Positions 37,045 to 37,595 of a stretch of DNA of 37,595 nucleotides are shown piece after piece. Numbering within the stretch: the stretch's first letter is position 1; every line of letters begins with the position of its first letter. Both the position numbers and the translations under genes were made by a program. Origin of the DNA: Enterobacteria phage mEp235; sequence record NC_019708.1, one strand, 5' to 3'. The notes under the pieces are model-generated. The model did not search any database and was not told where the DNA came from. It saw only the letters and a list, made by a program, of their open reading frames with translations.

Positions 37045-37395
37045 ATGCCTGCGTTAATACCGAGAGCATGCCGCAAGCGTGGCTGCCCTGGCACAACCAC
37101 TGACCGCTCAGGCTATTGTGATAAACACCGCAATGAAGGCTGGCAACAGCATCAACGAGGTCAGAGCCGACAGCAACGGGGATATGGTAGCAAATGGGAT
37201 GTTCTAAGAGCCACCGTGCTTACTCGGGACAAACATTTGTGCCAGAACTGCAAGCGCAACAATCTGATCTCTCCCGCAAAGACCGTTGACCACATCATCG
37301 CTAAGGCCAATGGTGGCACGGACGACATGAGCAACCTCGAATCTCTTTGCTGGCCCTGTCATAGGTCGAAGACTGGCCGCGAACGGTTCAAATGA
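37045..37395 (+). CDS. HNH endonuclease (terminase-associated)
   Basis: SD ggagg 8 nt before ATG 37045; Cys4 zinc site and HNH motif; position immediately upstream of terS. Confidence 0.85.
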   Translation: MPALIPRACRKRGCPGTTTDRSGYCDKHRNEGWQQHQRGQSRQQRGYGSKWDVLRATVLTRDKHLCQNCKRNNLISPAKTVDHIIAKANGGTDDMSNLESLCWPCHRSKTGRERFK

Positions 37396-37595
37396 GAATC
37401 AATATCAAATATTTGATTTCAAATGCAATCATTTCATATTTAATGAAAACGATTATCATTTGCTGGGGGGGGGCGGGTCAAAAGTTCAGACCCCATGCTG
37501 CTAAGGACCGCCGCCTAGCCTCTTTTCACATCGCCGCAGGTTAGAAAACTTTTTTATGGGGTCCCCCATTCGATGATTAATAGGAGTTTTCGATT
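37396..37595. other. candidate cos region with terS ribosome-binding site
   Basis: AT-rich repeats, G-tract CTGGGGGGGGGCGGGTC 37473-37489, palindrome ATGGGGTCCCCCAT, SD aggag 37582-37586. Confidence 0.3.

Noticed and set aside
1-37595. Interpretation as an integrated prophage with attL and attR
   Set aside because: Both P and P' arm sets flank a single core next to int, which is attP; no host genes or split att sites were seen at the window ends.
1-37595. Identification as phage HK022 itself
   Set aside because: int, attP core and nun look HK022-like, but the window has an N-like gene and nut sites, whereas HK022 as I recall it lacks N and uses put; the immunity region looks P22-like. It is better described as a mosaic relative.
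1-37595. CRISPR arrays, rRNA or tRNA genes
   Set aside because: No spaced direct-repeat arrays or RNA gene signatures were found on reading; the only tandem repeats are the origin iterons.

Overview
The window reads as a complete or near-complete mosaic lambdoid temperate siphovirus genome (Enterobacteriaceae host) laid out in packaging order, not as an integrated prophage. Left to right: HK97-type head module (terS, terL, portal, ClpP-like protease, capsid), lambda-type tail module (chaperone with programmed -1 frameshift, tape measure, M/L/K/I/J), post-J accessory genes and a tail fibre, an intact attP with lambda-type arm sites and an HK022-type core, then a leftward pL operon (int, xis, exonuclease, ssb, erf-like, kil-like, cIII, a 207-aa unknown, nun-like, N-like), a P22-type immunity region (c2-like repressor, cro, 18-bp operators), nutL/nutR, O-like initiator with internal iterons, DnaB-like helicase, nin region (ninB/D/F/H, rusA), Q, pR'/qut, S-R-Rz/Rz1 lysis cassette, a KilA-N gene, and an HNH endonuclease. 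The Shine-Dalgarno for terS sits at the very end of the window and its ATG at nt 1, so the ends appear contiguous. No tRNA, rRNA or CRISPR was seen. All calls come from reading the sequence and from recalled family signatures; no database search was run. The best candidates for uncharacterised biology are the terminator-bracketed 207-aa gene next to nun, the small membrane-protein gene inserted between tail genes K and I, and the co-occurrence of an N-like antiterminator with a Nun-like excluder.
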